Positions 1 to 11,288 of a DNA stretch of 64,000 bases are shown here, piece by piece. The notes under the pieces are model-generated. The model was given only the letters and a program-made list of their open reading frames with translations. It was not told the origin of the DNA and made no database searches. Origin of the DNA: Fimbriosthenelais zetlandica (lineage: Eukaryota); assembly GCA_977030845.1 (NCBI GenBank), contig OZ365112.1:21514001-21578000 (forward strand), written 5' to 3'. The stretch's first letter is position 1. Every line of letters begins with the position of its first letter. Position numbers and translations under genes: made by a program.

Positions 1-844
1 ACATAATACAAGAAAATAAGAGGATGACCCTGCGTCGATGACAGTGATATGGAATGATTTGTATAAAGCCCTTAGGTAGCATTTATGACATGATAAAACA
101 AGATGGCGCAGTGAAACACAGAGAGAGAGATAATACCAGAAAGATAGGAGAGTGGCTTTATTACTATGAGGGTAAGGCTGGAGGCCTGGAGACTGGGAGG
201 GAGAACTGTAGGGATCAGCTGCAGGCTTTGTGTAAGTTAATACAGGATGTAATCTCTCAGTACCCTGGCATCACCAGCAATAACAAACCTGAAAGGTTAC
301 CTTTCGGACCTAGCCCTGGGGTCACACTCAGTCAGGTATCACAGGGTTTGTCTCAAAAAAACTACTACTTTCAGACGGCTGAATTCTTCCTTTTCGCTGG
401 ACTCATGTATGTTACTGTGATCGTCTTCGCCATCATGTCCCTCACTTATGAATATGTGCAACCCACGCTCAGTCCAGACGAGGAGGAAGAAAAGAAGGAA
501 CCAGAAAATGGATATCAAAATTATGGTCTGACACCAGACGATGAGAAACCACCCACTTATGAGGCTGTCACTGACTCTGTTGATTCAACTTATATGTAAT
601 TTAACAACATTTATACCAGAACCAGAACATTTATACGAGCATTTAACTTTATAAAATGGGACCTTGAGACCTACTTTGGGCTCGGTCCTGCTAGTTTAGT
701 AAGCTTTTTATAAAGTAAAGACATAATCGCTATATATTTTTTATATTAAAGCTAGTAATTTTTGCAATTGGTAGCTAAACTGTATAGATCTTAATTACCT
801 CCACCATTTCCTACCATGACCAACAACCATGACATATTACACAT
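1..844 (+). repeat. Duplicated segment homologous to 9586-11225 (last intron part, terminal exon, 3'UTR)
   Basis: 1-360 matches 9586-9943 (2 substitutions and one GA-unit indel). 366-608 matches 10587-10829 (2 substitutions). 609-844 is homologous to ~10830-11225 at ~80-90% identity with indels. Confidence 0.95.
375..599 (+). CDS. SLC15A1/SLC15A2-like: Terminal coding exon (TM12 plus cytoplasmic tail) of an upstream tandem SLC15 paralog; the rest of the gene lies outside the window
   Basis: Acceptor tactttcag ends at 374. The exon reads [22 protein letters not shown]...DSTYM* and differs from 10596-10820 at only 2 of 225 nt (G423/A10644, Val/Ile; G467/T10688, synonymous). Confidence 0.88.
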   Translation, partial: TAEFFLFAGLMYVTVIVFAIMSLTYEYVQPTLSPDEEEEKKEPENGYQNYGLTPDDEKPPTYEAVTDSVDSTYM

Positions 845-967
845 TTGAAGTTTTATACGATTTACTTTTTATACTATCGCCATAATATGGATTTAAATTC
901 CTAATATATTTTCAAAATGATTATGTAAATATAATTGTGATATTCATAATAATTCACCCCTCTTGTG

Positions 968-973
968 AATAAA
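968..973 (+). terminator. Candidate polyadenylation signal (AATAAA) of the upstream paralog
   Basis: First AATAAA I found downstream of the stop at 599; hexamer match only. Confidence 0.4.
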
Positions 974-2819
974 AGTTTCGAAAGACGTTGCTACTTTTGA
1001 TTGATATTTTGGGTATCTCCTACCGTATCAGTCCTTGTTATTCTTTTAGCAGCTGGCATGGCGTTAAATCACCATTCATTCATTCCTTGTTATTCTGAGC
1101 AATGGAAATGATTATATGGGGTGTACGTGGGTACGTGGGTCAAAATGTCGCCCTTGATTTTAGGGCTGTGTCACCGTGTCGCGCGCGTCAATTTTTACAC
1201 ACTTGGTCCATATTATAAAGATCCAGATAATATATTGAAAATTCACATATTGACTGCTGTACTAACAAGTTACTCTCCCGTGCCTGCTATACTACCGAGC
1301 TAACAACTCATTTGTGCAAATAATTCCAGTGTAGTTGCGCAAGCTAGACATCTATACTCCCGTAGGGGATATGAAGGATTTGAAAAATATATAATCTGGG
1401 CAATGTTAGTTAGTTAAATATTATGAGATTGACTTGTAAATGTGATGTGTTAGGAATATTATAAAAATTGTTTTAGAATGGCAATTAAGCTTTATATAGG
1501 CCTCATGACACTATCCACCTTCCGCTCTAAGAATAGGAGGGAAACACTGAAGTCCGAGTCTAATCCACTATGATTGCCTCGACATCCAATCACCCCAATC
1601 AAAGTCAGTCGCGCTTCAATGATTTCCTTCCAAACTCGTAGTTCAGCCTACCTGTGCCAAGAATCCTGAGGCTTGACCACCAAGGCAGTAGAGGCTTCTC
1701 ACGATATTTTTTATCACGGAATTACATACCTTCTACATACCAACGGATTTTATCTATCAACTCGGGAGGTAAGGAGTTAAAAATTTATCACATTCAAACT
1801 GGACTGCGGCCTTCGCAGTGCAGTTGTTATGGTGTAAACGACAATGTGTGTGAGCGACAATACAGGCAAACACTGGCCAGAATATATCAATGTAGGCTAT
1901 CTTTTTTTTCAAGATTAAAAAAATAACCTAGGCATATTTTTAAAAAAAGACGACGGGGGACGGGTAAAGTCTCTAACAGGCCCTGCAATCAGGGAAGTAG
2001 TTCTCTAGGCCTACATAATGACATAGGTCTACATAATGACTATGTTGCAGGCCTGTCCCAAGTTGTCTTGTTATCTTAAGTGTCTTGCCATTGTTTATAA
2101 TTTTGCCATCTCATCCATGCATCCATTGGGTGGATCCATAGATTTGGAAAGAGGGTGGCTACGTGTGAATGGGATTTGTTGTTGTTTTTTTGGTATTATA
2201 TAGGCCTAAAGATTCTCTAAAACGGGGCAGGCTGGTGGGGGATCGCCCCTTCCCCACCCCCTGCACCGTTCAGCCCTTGCATGCTTAATTAATTTTATTT
2301 AAAGGAGAAAAAGCATCAAGGTAATTTCCACTATCTTTCTAGTTTTAAAACCGGGTTTGACTACTTGGTGGGCCTATTAAGTTCACTCTCAAGATCTAAA
2401 ATAGATTATATATCATTGATCTGATTAATATCATTAAGAAATAACTGAAAAAAATGCAAGTAACGCAGCAAAAACGCTATTGTAAACAAACTTTCCACAG
2501 GCTAGTTTTTACAGGAGCCAAACCTCTGACACTTGTTCCATTAACACCGAGTTCACCATTAAAGATAAAAGTTTAATGACAAGTCATCTATCCGGTTTAC
2601 ATAATGATGAATCATCAAGCCGCGAAACCGTGGATTCATCGGACATGAAATTCTGATAGAAATATTTTTTCTTAATATTATACATAGTGTACTTCAGACA
2701 AGAGTACACTTCAAATATGTTTTCTAGTAATATTATTCCCCAAAGTAGCCTGCGAATGGATTTTCATAACCCGTGTTATTGAACAGAAAAAAATCATTAA
2801 CTTTACCGATTTCTAGATT

Positions 2820-3071
2820 AGATAATGTTGACAACATGAGTAAAGAGAGATAATTTGTATAGATAAGAAGAAGAATGGTATCTTAGGTGGGCATATAGCA
2901 TGCAGTAGCCATACATTACGTGCGGACCCTTATCTCAATGGATCAATGAATAAAAGGTGCGAGTTTGGAAAGTTTGGACAGTCGTGTGCTGGACCAGTGG
3001 CGGAGGGACCCAATCGATAGATCCTTTGCTTGGAATCACATTGCGTCTTCAGTTTTATAACTATCAGCATG
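2820..3071 (+). promoter_or_regulatory. Candidate proximal promoter and 5'UTR exon of the SLC15 gene
   Basis: Three AGATAA sites (2820, 2848, 2861), a TATA-like AATAAAAG at 2949-2956, an Inr-like ACAGTC about 30 nt downstream (~2978-2983), then cagcATG|gtaagt at 3069-3077. Confidence 0.35.
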
Positions 3072-6000
3072 GTAAGTATGAAATTATGATATATACCTTT
3101 AAAATATTTTCTAACATTCCTAATGAATGCAAATTATTATGACTTTTTTTAGCCTAAATACAGGGCCATTCCAAAGGCAATTGAAACCGTAAACTACAAA
3201 TCCAAAGTATCCATGAACATTTTATTTCTCATTTCTCATTGATTCATCTTTGATTTCCAAGAAATATCTCAAAAGTTTGAATAAACACTCAGAACACCTT
3301 CAGATTTCCCTATCAGCATCTGAAAGGAAGTCTAGGTTAACTATTTGAATAACTTGAGAGTACATATCTCTCAAGCACTTCATTTCATGCACGTAAGAAG
3401 CTAAATAGGCCTGAAACACTCGATACTTATTGACAATATTATTCACGATATTGTCTCTTTGATCATAATCTCTATCTTTAAGTCTGTGTGTTTCCCCCCT
3501 TACATTAATAAAAATAAGAACAAACAAAATCATAAATGGATGTCTCGATCAGCATCCTAAAATAATGCCCAGCTAGGATCCTAAATGAAAACTATTTCTG
3601 CGTCTAGACGTTCTTATATAATTCTTTCTTTGTGCTTGCTTTCTGTACATTTTGTAATTCATTTTTTATTAGAAATGCAGCACAGTCATAATTATTAAAA
3701 GAAGTGCAGACAATTTCAAACAGACATGGCAATCAATATAGGACCTGTCCACACCTAATGCATGTCTGCCTATCCTCAATATCATACAGGGTTAAAGGAT
3801 TTAGTAATAAAATCTTAATCCACTTTGTCTGCATTCATGCACACTGATTCATCATCTATAGAAACAATGCTAGCGATAGTTTAGCTCATTGAAGAAGTTG
3901 ATTAACAACTATTAAAATATTCGAAGTATTCCTGTCAGTTTTAGATTATGTCGTGAACAATTGGAGATAGAAGATAGAGGTGCGGGTAGTCGAGAGTCTA
4001 AATGATAATATTGATATGAGGCAAGGAATATCGCACAAGATAATAATTAGTGTATGATAAAATTCCTAAATTATCTAATGGGCAATCGATCGTTTTGGCT
4101 AGACGAGTTTTATAATAAGTTTTATTATTTATTATAACAAAATTAAATTTATTGCAATGTTTTTGCCTTACTTCTTTTCTATAATTGTAAAATAATTATG
4201 ACATAAATTACAGGGAGCCGGCAAAGGACCCTTCACTGGGTATCCCAGTCATGTATTCCTCATCTTGGGGAATGAGTTCTGCGAGAGGTTCTCCTTCTAT
4301 GGGATGAAAGGTAAACAGAAGTTAAATATTGAAATAAACATATAGTTTAATTTCTTTATTTGTTAACTAATATAAGTAAGGTGAAGATTAAATGATTGGA
4401 CTACGTTAAGTACCAAGAGAGTTTATAAATATTGCTGGCCACCTTCTCTATAGATTTCATCAGATAAATGGATTTTTTAACAGTCAAAATGCTTCTCTTT
4501 TAGCTATCCTGGTACTCTTCCTCACCCGTGCTTTGGATTTCAGTGATGACGCTGCCACATCGATTTACCACGGTTTTAATGTGGCTTGCTATTTTATGCC
4601 TATATTTGGTGCTATGATAGCTGATGGCTGGCTTGGAAAATACAAGTAAGTGAATCATAAAATTATTATTAATTATGTCAGTATTATTGAAATTGATGAT
4701 CCTGGTTCATAGCAATTAGCGAATGAAGGTTAATCATACTCTCAATTTATTTCCTTTTGTTTTTCAGAACCATTTTCATTATTTCTATAGTGTATGGTAT
4801 TGGAAATGTAGTGATGGCAGTTGGTGCTATACCAATGGATTCTAATGAATATATAAAGTGAGGCTTTAATATTGATAATCTGCAAAGCAACACTAACAAA
4901 CTGCTTTATATTTGCTTAGTATTAATATGATCAGTGTGTAACACCTTAATTCATACATATAATATTATTATTTCAACATATCATTATACTCTAAATCAAT
5001 ACTAAGAACACAAGTGACTACTTACTCAATGTTACTCTTTACAGAGCGTTACCATTCATTGGACTGATTCTGATAGCAGTGGGCACTGGAGGAATTAAAC
5101 CATGTGTCTCTGCATTTGGTGCCGATCAGTTTGCAGACCATCAAGTAAGTAGTTTCTGAAATCCGTAATACATTAATTGTAGTGAAAGCTGGGACTCTGG
5201 TTTTAGGCTAGAGGGGGTATCTATCTTTACTTATAGCACAGTCGTTGTGGAAGGTCAGGTTCCCCATCTTATTACCCATACCACGTGCCCATACACACCT
5301 TTGTTTTTACTGATCCACTTTTGAATTAAATTGAAGAGCAGCAACACATGAATACATAGTACTGTAACGCCCTGACCACTGTGCTTACTTCATAAATAAT
5401 ACCCACTTAAAGACAGGGAATTTTTTTTACCAAAGATATCCGGATATCGCTAGTCAAGTATTTGAAAGCACTGTCATAAGTGATAGTATATCAGTGAACA
5501 GTGAAAATGAACAGAGAAAGATAATTAATGTGCAAAAAATAAGGCTTTGTAACAACATGATTGTGCGCATAATTATTTTATATTTTTCATGAGATGTTAA
5601 GATAAATTGTTCCAATATTTATGCTCTAAACAAATTAAAACAAGTAAATATTAATATCAGCCGGCATGCACCAAAATTATATTTTGGGTTCTTTATTTCC
5701 AGAGTAGACTAAAGGAAACATTTTTCTCCATGTTTTACATGGCCATCAATCTGGGCTCCTTACTATCCACGATCATTACACCGAGTCTGAGAAGTAAGTT
5801 TAATGTAAATAAGTGAATCCCTTTGACTAATGTATATTATATCTACATGCTGCTCATAATATTATAAAAGTCTAAATTATAAATCTTTGATGGAGATGGA
5901 CAATAATTATTTCCTATCTGTTGTAATGAAATAGATAAATACAAATTTAAAACCATTACTCCTATTTAAACTTGATAATAATTTGGTTAAAGAGTCTTTG

Positions 6001-9000
6001 AAACTCTTGCAGGTCAAGTCTATTGCTTCGGTGACAACTGCTATGCTTTGGCCTTTGGGATACCTGCAATACTCATGATTGTTGCTATCAGTAAGTATAA
6101 TCACCTAAAAATGCCAGCAATGAGCTGTAAATCATGCATATTCGTGTTTTGAATATTTATAACTAATTATGTTCATTTGATTTCAGAGTGGCTGGATGTA
6201 CTTCATGTATATTTTTTTTCTGTTTCAGTCTTCTTCATTGCCGGTTCTAGTCTCTATACAAAACCTCCTCCGGGGGACAACGTGATTGGAAATCTGTTTG
6301 GTTGCATTGGGGTAAGTATATTAAGAAAACCTCAGCAGTGTATTTGGTCTACCAGCTGAATCCCAAGCAGAACACATGAAAAATCCACATTATATGTAAA
6401 CATTGGGATCTTCCTGGTATTCATTATTGTACATTCTTATTACAGACTGCATTGAAAGGAAAGTGTGGCTGCTCAGGGAATAAGGAATCTAGAGATCACT
6501 GGCTCGACTATGCTGATTCCAAATATCCAGTATGTTTTTCCTTGCTTCCTTTACTTTCTTTACTTAGGTACTGATTCTCAACATTAAAATTGTTTACCTA
6601 ATATTCACTGTCAGTGATTTGTATGATGCTCAGGACCTGGTATGAATATTTTGTTACAGAAACCTTTTATTGAGGATGTTAAGGCAGTCATGAGGGTTTT
6701 GTTCATGTTCCTACCACTGCCGATCTTTTGGGCGCTGTTTGATCAACAAGGATCGAGGTGGACGTTACAAGCTGGACAAATGGATGGAGATTTGGTAAGT
6801 CTTAAAGGGCAATTATTTAGGAGCAATCTATTAATAATTATCTATTGATTGTTACTAGGTACTCGCCAAGTTGAGCAACTGGTATAAGAGTAATGTAACG
6901 CTATGCTTTATGTTTTTTTAGGGTGGATTCGTCTTACAACCTGATCTAATTCAAGTGTTTAACCCTCTGATGGTGGTCACCATTGTACCTCTCCTAGAAA
7001 GTGTCGTCTTCCCTTGCCTAAACAAACTTAACATTCCAAACAAGTAGGTTCATTCCTTATCACTTAGAATTAATCAAAAGCAGAGGAGATCTAAAACTTT
7101 AAAAGGAAAGCTGTTTTAGGATATTAATATCACATTAAAAATACTATAAAACAAAGGGTTTTTGAAGATTGAACAACAGTACTTTCTTTTTACATGAAGT
7201 CCGCTCCAGAGGCTGGGATTAGGTATGTTCCTTGCAGGAACTGCCTTCATCGTTACAGCATTCATACAGATTGCTGTTGATGTGAGTATCATAGCAATAT
7301 AACGTTCTAAAATTACCTAAAATTGTTATTGATGATCAACCTAGAGAAGTATTGACAAAATAAATATGGATTATTATTTTATATGTATTATTGGTGTACA
7401 TGTTTATATTATGAACTAATGAGAAAATCTTATTTTTTCCCTTAGGATTCGCTACCTGCTCAACTTGATAGCGGCAATGCCAGACTCACTGTCTTGAACA
7501 CGGTCCCTTGTAATGTACAACTTTCAATCGACGGTGTAGTCAATAAAACCACCATAGAACCAAACCAGGTAATTACTTATTAGTTATTAGGCCTCCAATA
7601 TTCTCTTCTTCCTGGTCGATAAGCATTGTGTAAGAGGTCAGTTCTAACCTTTTCACAAAGTAAATTGTTCTTATCAGCAACAATACACATACAGAATTTT
7701 TAGATAAAGCCTGAAAGCGATATAACATTAGAATTTACAAAAATGCTGTTCATTTCAGGCCTGGGCAGCTGATGATTTCAAAGCCATGGATACTACCGTC
7801 GAAGCATCTTTCATGAATTGTGGTAAAGAAGTAGGAAGTCCAAAAGGCATCTCACGGCGACTCAACTTCACCGATAACAAAGCTTATAACCTTATATTTG
7901 CTACTGAGGATGAAAATATACAAATGTATTCAGTAAGTAAGAAGCAATGCAAAGTATATGGCTAATATTCTTAAGTAAGTAAGAAGCAATCTTTACTGTA
8001 ACTTAAATGTAACGTACGACAGGGACTGGAATTTAATTTAGGCAGTAATCACCTCAAATTCCTGAGTCAGTATATAGTAATTAGCTTATAGGTTTCAGGA
8101 GAGTATGGTCTTATAGGTAATAATTAGATTTATAGTAATTCTATGTTATTTCAGATCTTGCAAACAGACACGAAAAGAACAAGCAAAGGAGAAGCATCTA
8201 TAATGTAAGATTGTACTCATTAGTTGATGGATCTTGAATACATAATAATATTTGAACGTGCCTCTTTGAGAAAAATGTACTAGCCTACTTCAAAATATAC
8301 TATAATATTCTTTCCGTTTTAGATATATGAACACCTTGGACGTAAATATTTCAACTGTGATTAATGATAATAATGTCGTCGCGTTAGCAGGGGAGGCAAG
8401 CGGAACTGTGAGAGTAAAACATGCCAAGTCCACGGCCAAATTCGAAAGTGATTCCAAAGAACTGCTTACAGTCACAGTGGACGCTAAGGCAGGGGCATTT
8501 TACACTGCAGTGATTCATCAGAATAAAGACCTAAAGGGGGTGAGTGTTACATCTTACTAAAGTACTTTTTCATTTTGAGTTTAGAGTACAATGTGGCCTA
8601 ATTAATTTTTAATCTAAATCATTGCCTTTTCAGGAAACCTCTACTATTTTTGAGGTCGTCACAGCAAATAGTGTAAACATTTTATTGCAAATTCCTCAGT
8701 ATTTTGTCATGTCTCTCGGGGAATGCTTCTTCTCTGTTACCGGCCTTTCATTTGCGTACTCCCAAGTAAGTCCAATTTTTTTTCATGTCAGAAACAACAA
8801 TTTACATTACACAAACTGTAAGTGATATAATTCATAGGGTATTGGGATTAAAAATGCTAAAAATATCCTGGACTATTTGTAGGCTCCGACTTCCATGAAA
8901 GCAGTGCTTCAAGCTGCTTGGCTTCTCACAAATTCCTTTGGCAATTTGATTGTCATGATTATTTCTGCTGTGGGACAACTACCGAGCCAAGTAAGTACCC

Positions 9001-10820
9001 TAATAAAGAATATTTGATAACATCTACAGATACCGGGGGTAGGCCTATTATATTTCTTATATACTGAAAAGGTCCCCTATTGAATCCATTAATTATCATT
9101 TCATAGTCGGCATGAGAGTTACATGTATGAATGCACACTATAAATCTGTACATGCCATATGTTCCATATCATAATATAACATCGTGCAAACGCTTTCTAG
9201 TGGACAAATGGCTGAGATAATGCCAACACAAAAAGCTCTCTGTGGAATTTCAGTATAATTTTGCAATGGAAGTCCAGCCCGTTTGTGCTTAATGTAAGGA
9301 GAGTGACCTTTCTTGGTTTCTCAGCACCACACTAGGGGGTGGTAGTGTAGGAGGCTGATTGCTAGCACCAGGCTTGAGCCATAATCCACTGTCTGTAAGG
9401 CACTCCCTTTTATCTTATTATCCACTGAGCCACCCATGTATTCTAGGGCGAGGAAATCCGAGCTGCTTAATTGGTGTAAATTATTGGTGTAGATAGAACC
9501 TACCATAAAAGGAGGCAAATTTCTTTTTTTAACAAAAGGTATGGATACCTGTGAATGTTATTCATTTTATGTCCATTATTTCACGACATAATACAAGAAA
9601 ATAAGAGGATGACCCTGCGTCGATGACAGTGATATGGAATGATTTGTATAAAGCCCTTAGGTAGAATTTATGACATGATAAAACAAGATGGCGCAGTGAA
9701 ACACAGAGAGAGATAATACCAGAAAGATAGGAGAGTGGCTTTATTACTATGGGGGTAAGGCTGGAGGCCTGGAGACTGGGAGGGAGAACTGTAGGGATCA
9801 GCTGCAGGCTTTGTGTAAGTTAATACAGGATGTAATCTCTCAGTACCCTGGCATCACCAGCAATAACAAACCTGAAAGGTTACCTTTCGGACCTAGCCCT
9901 GGGGTCACACTCAGTCAGGTATCACAGGGTTTGTCTCAAAAAATGATGAATCAGGTTCTGCTGGTCAGGGCTTCACTTGGGGATATGAAGGATCTGTGAT
10001 TGGAATTGAAAAACCGGAGAGTCTGAGAATAAAGATTGAAGTCTTTTCATGGGAAATCTACCCCATAATAGCTGTCAGTAGCAGTGGCACGTCACATAAT
10101 ATATGCTTCCATATTTCTTGAAATTTGGGGTTGACTTAAATATGTATATGAACTAATATCTTATCATAACAGACATGGGTGTGTTTTATGAATCTAGCCC
10201 CAGGGCCTCGGGGTGCAGGCCCTATGGAATTATCTGGTGCCTACCAAGCACTGACCAAAGGTTGACCGATCAGGTAATGGCCTCTGATAGATCAGTACAT
10301 GCGCTTACTTGCTTGATAGAATCTTTATTGATAAAGCTGCGTGTTCACGGTACAAACAAGACTGTAGGCTAAACAGCCACGCGGATGTTTTCTTGGTTAT
10401 GATGAGGGCAAGCTATTAGATGCGATTTGTCCTATCCTGTATTAATCAGAAGACCTATTTGACCACAGTGGAATACTACTACATCATGGAGGGATTATAG
10501 AAGTGGCGTGGGTTTTCATAGTCATCTTTTCAAGGACGAAGCATTCAAATTGATAACCTAATCTATGTAAGCCTCGATGTATATTATACTTTCAGACGGC
10601 TGAATTCTTCCTTTTCGCTGGACTCATGTATGTTACTGTGATCATCTTCGCCATCATGTCCCTCACTTATGAATATGTGCAACCCACTCTCAGTCCAGAC
10701 GAGGAGGAAGAAAAGAAGGAACCAGAAAATGGATATCAAAATTATGGTCTGACACCAGACGATGAGAAACCACCCACTTATGAGGCTGTCACTGACTCTG
10801 TTGATTCAACTTATATGTAA
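3069..10820 (+). CDS. SLC15A1/SLC15A2-like: SLC15/POT-family proton-coupled oligopeptide transporter, PepT1/PepT2 type, 19 coding exons, 2136 nt including stop (711 aa)
   Basis: Hand-joined exons, all flanked by GT-AG and frame-consistent: 3069-3071 (ATG only), 4214-4310, 4504-4645, 4768-4857, 5045-5144, 5703-5793, 6013-6090, 6229-6311, 6446-6529, 6660-6794, 6922-7043, 7200-7281, 7446-7568, 7759-7932, 8155-8204, 8323-8539, 8634-8765, 8883-8990, 10596-10820. Family motifs: [12 protein letters not shown] (ExxER), IYHGF (His57-equivalent), [27 protein letters not shown] (PTR2), [56 protein letters not shown] large extracellular domain lies between TM9 and TM10 (exons ~7446-8660, sequons NKT/NFT/NIS), which is typical of PepT1/2 rather than SLC15A3/4. 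Exon 1 is the least certain element. Confidence 0.95.
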
Positions 10821-10954
10821 TTTAACAACTGTTTTATTTTCTCTGTAATAATTATTTAACCAGAACATGTGTAGTAACATTTATACGTGCATTTGGCGTT
10901 GTAAAATGGGACCTTGAGACCTACTCTGGGCTCGGTCCTACTAGTTTAGTGAGC

Positions 10955-11090
10955 CTTGGTGAGGTGCTGAAAATGTGTCTACATGAGTAAGAATCGAACC
11001 CAGGTCTCTCGGCAGACTGGCCTATGTAGAATGCTTGAATGTATTTGGTCATTATTCTGAGGTAATCATAATACGTGTACAGGTCATTTA
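10955..11090 (-). mobile_element. Short insertion with a tRNA-derived SINE-like B-box in the 3'UTR of the downstream copy
   Basis: Absent from the aligned paralog UTR. The reverse complement contains GAGACCTGGGTTCGATTC (Pol III B-box-like, 10991-11008). No clear A-box or target-site duplication. Confidence 0.35.
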
Positions 11091-11282
11091 TTTCATAATG
11101 TAAGGACGTAATTGCTATATCTTTTTAAAACTGCTAGTAATTCTAATATTTAATAGCTAAACTGTATAGATCTTATTTACCTCCATCGTTTCTTTCCATG
11201 ACAAACAACCATGACATATTATACAATTATTCTCGAAGTATTTTTCGTTTTCGTTTATATTATTAGTGATATTTAGAGTATT

Positions 11283-11288
11283 AATAAA
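11283..11288 (+). terminator. Candidate polyadenylation signal (AATAAA) of the SLC15 gene
   Basis: First AATAAA I found after the stop at 10820; hexamer match only. Confidence 0.45.

Noticed and set aside
54-599. 181-aa ORF as a standalone protein
   Set aside because: Only 375-599 is SLC15 exon. The first 107 codons are last-intron sequence whose near-identical copy at 9639-9943 is frameshifted by a GA indel and not joined to the exon.
1-844. Duplication as a pure haplotype assembly artefact
   Set aside because: UTR divergence (~10-20% plus large indels) next to ~99% identical intron and exon is hard to explain as allelic. Not fully excluded without read data.
6187-6228. Upstream in-frame alternative acceptor adding 14 aa to exon 8
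   Set aside because: A second tttcag lies 42 nt upstream and the frame is open, but the insert would interrupt a transmembrane helix and nothing else supports it.
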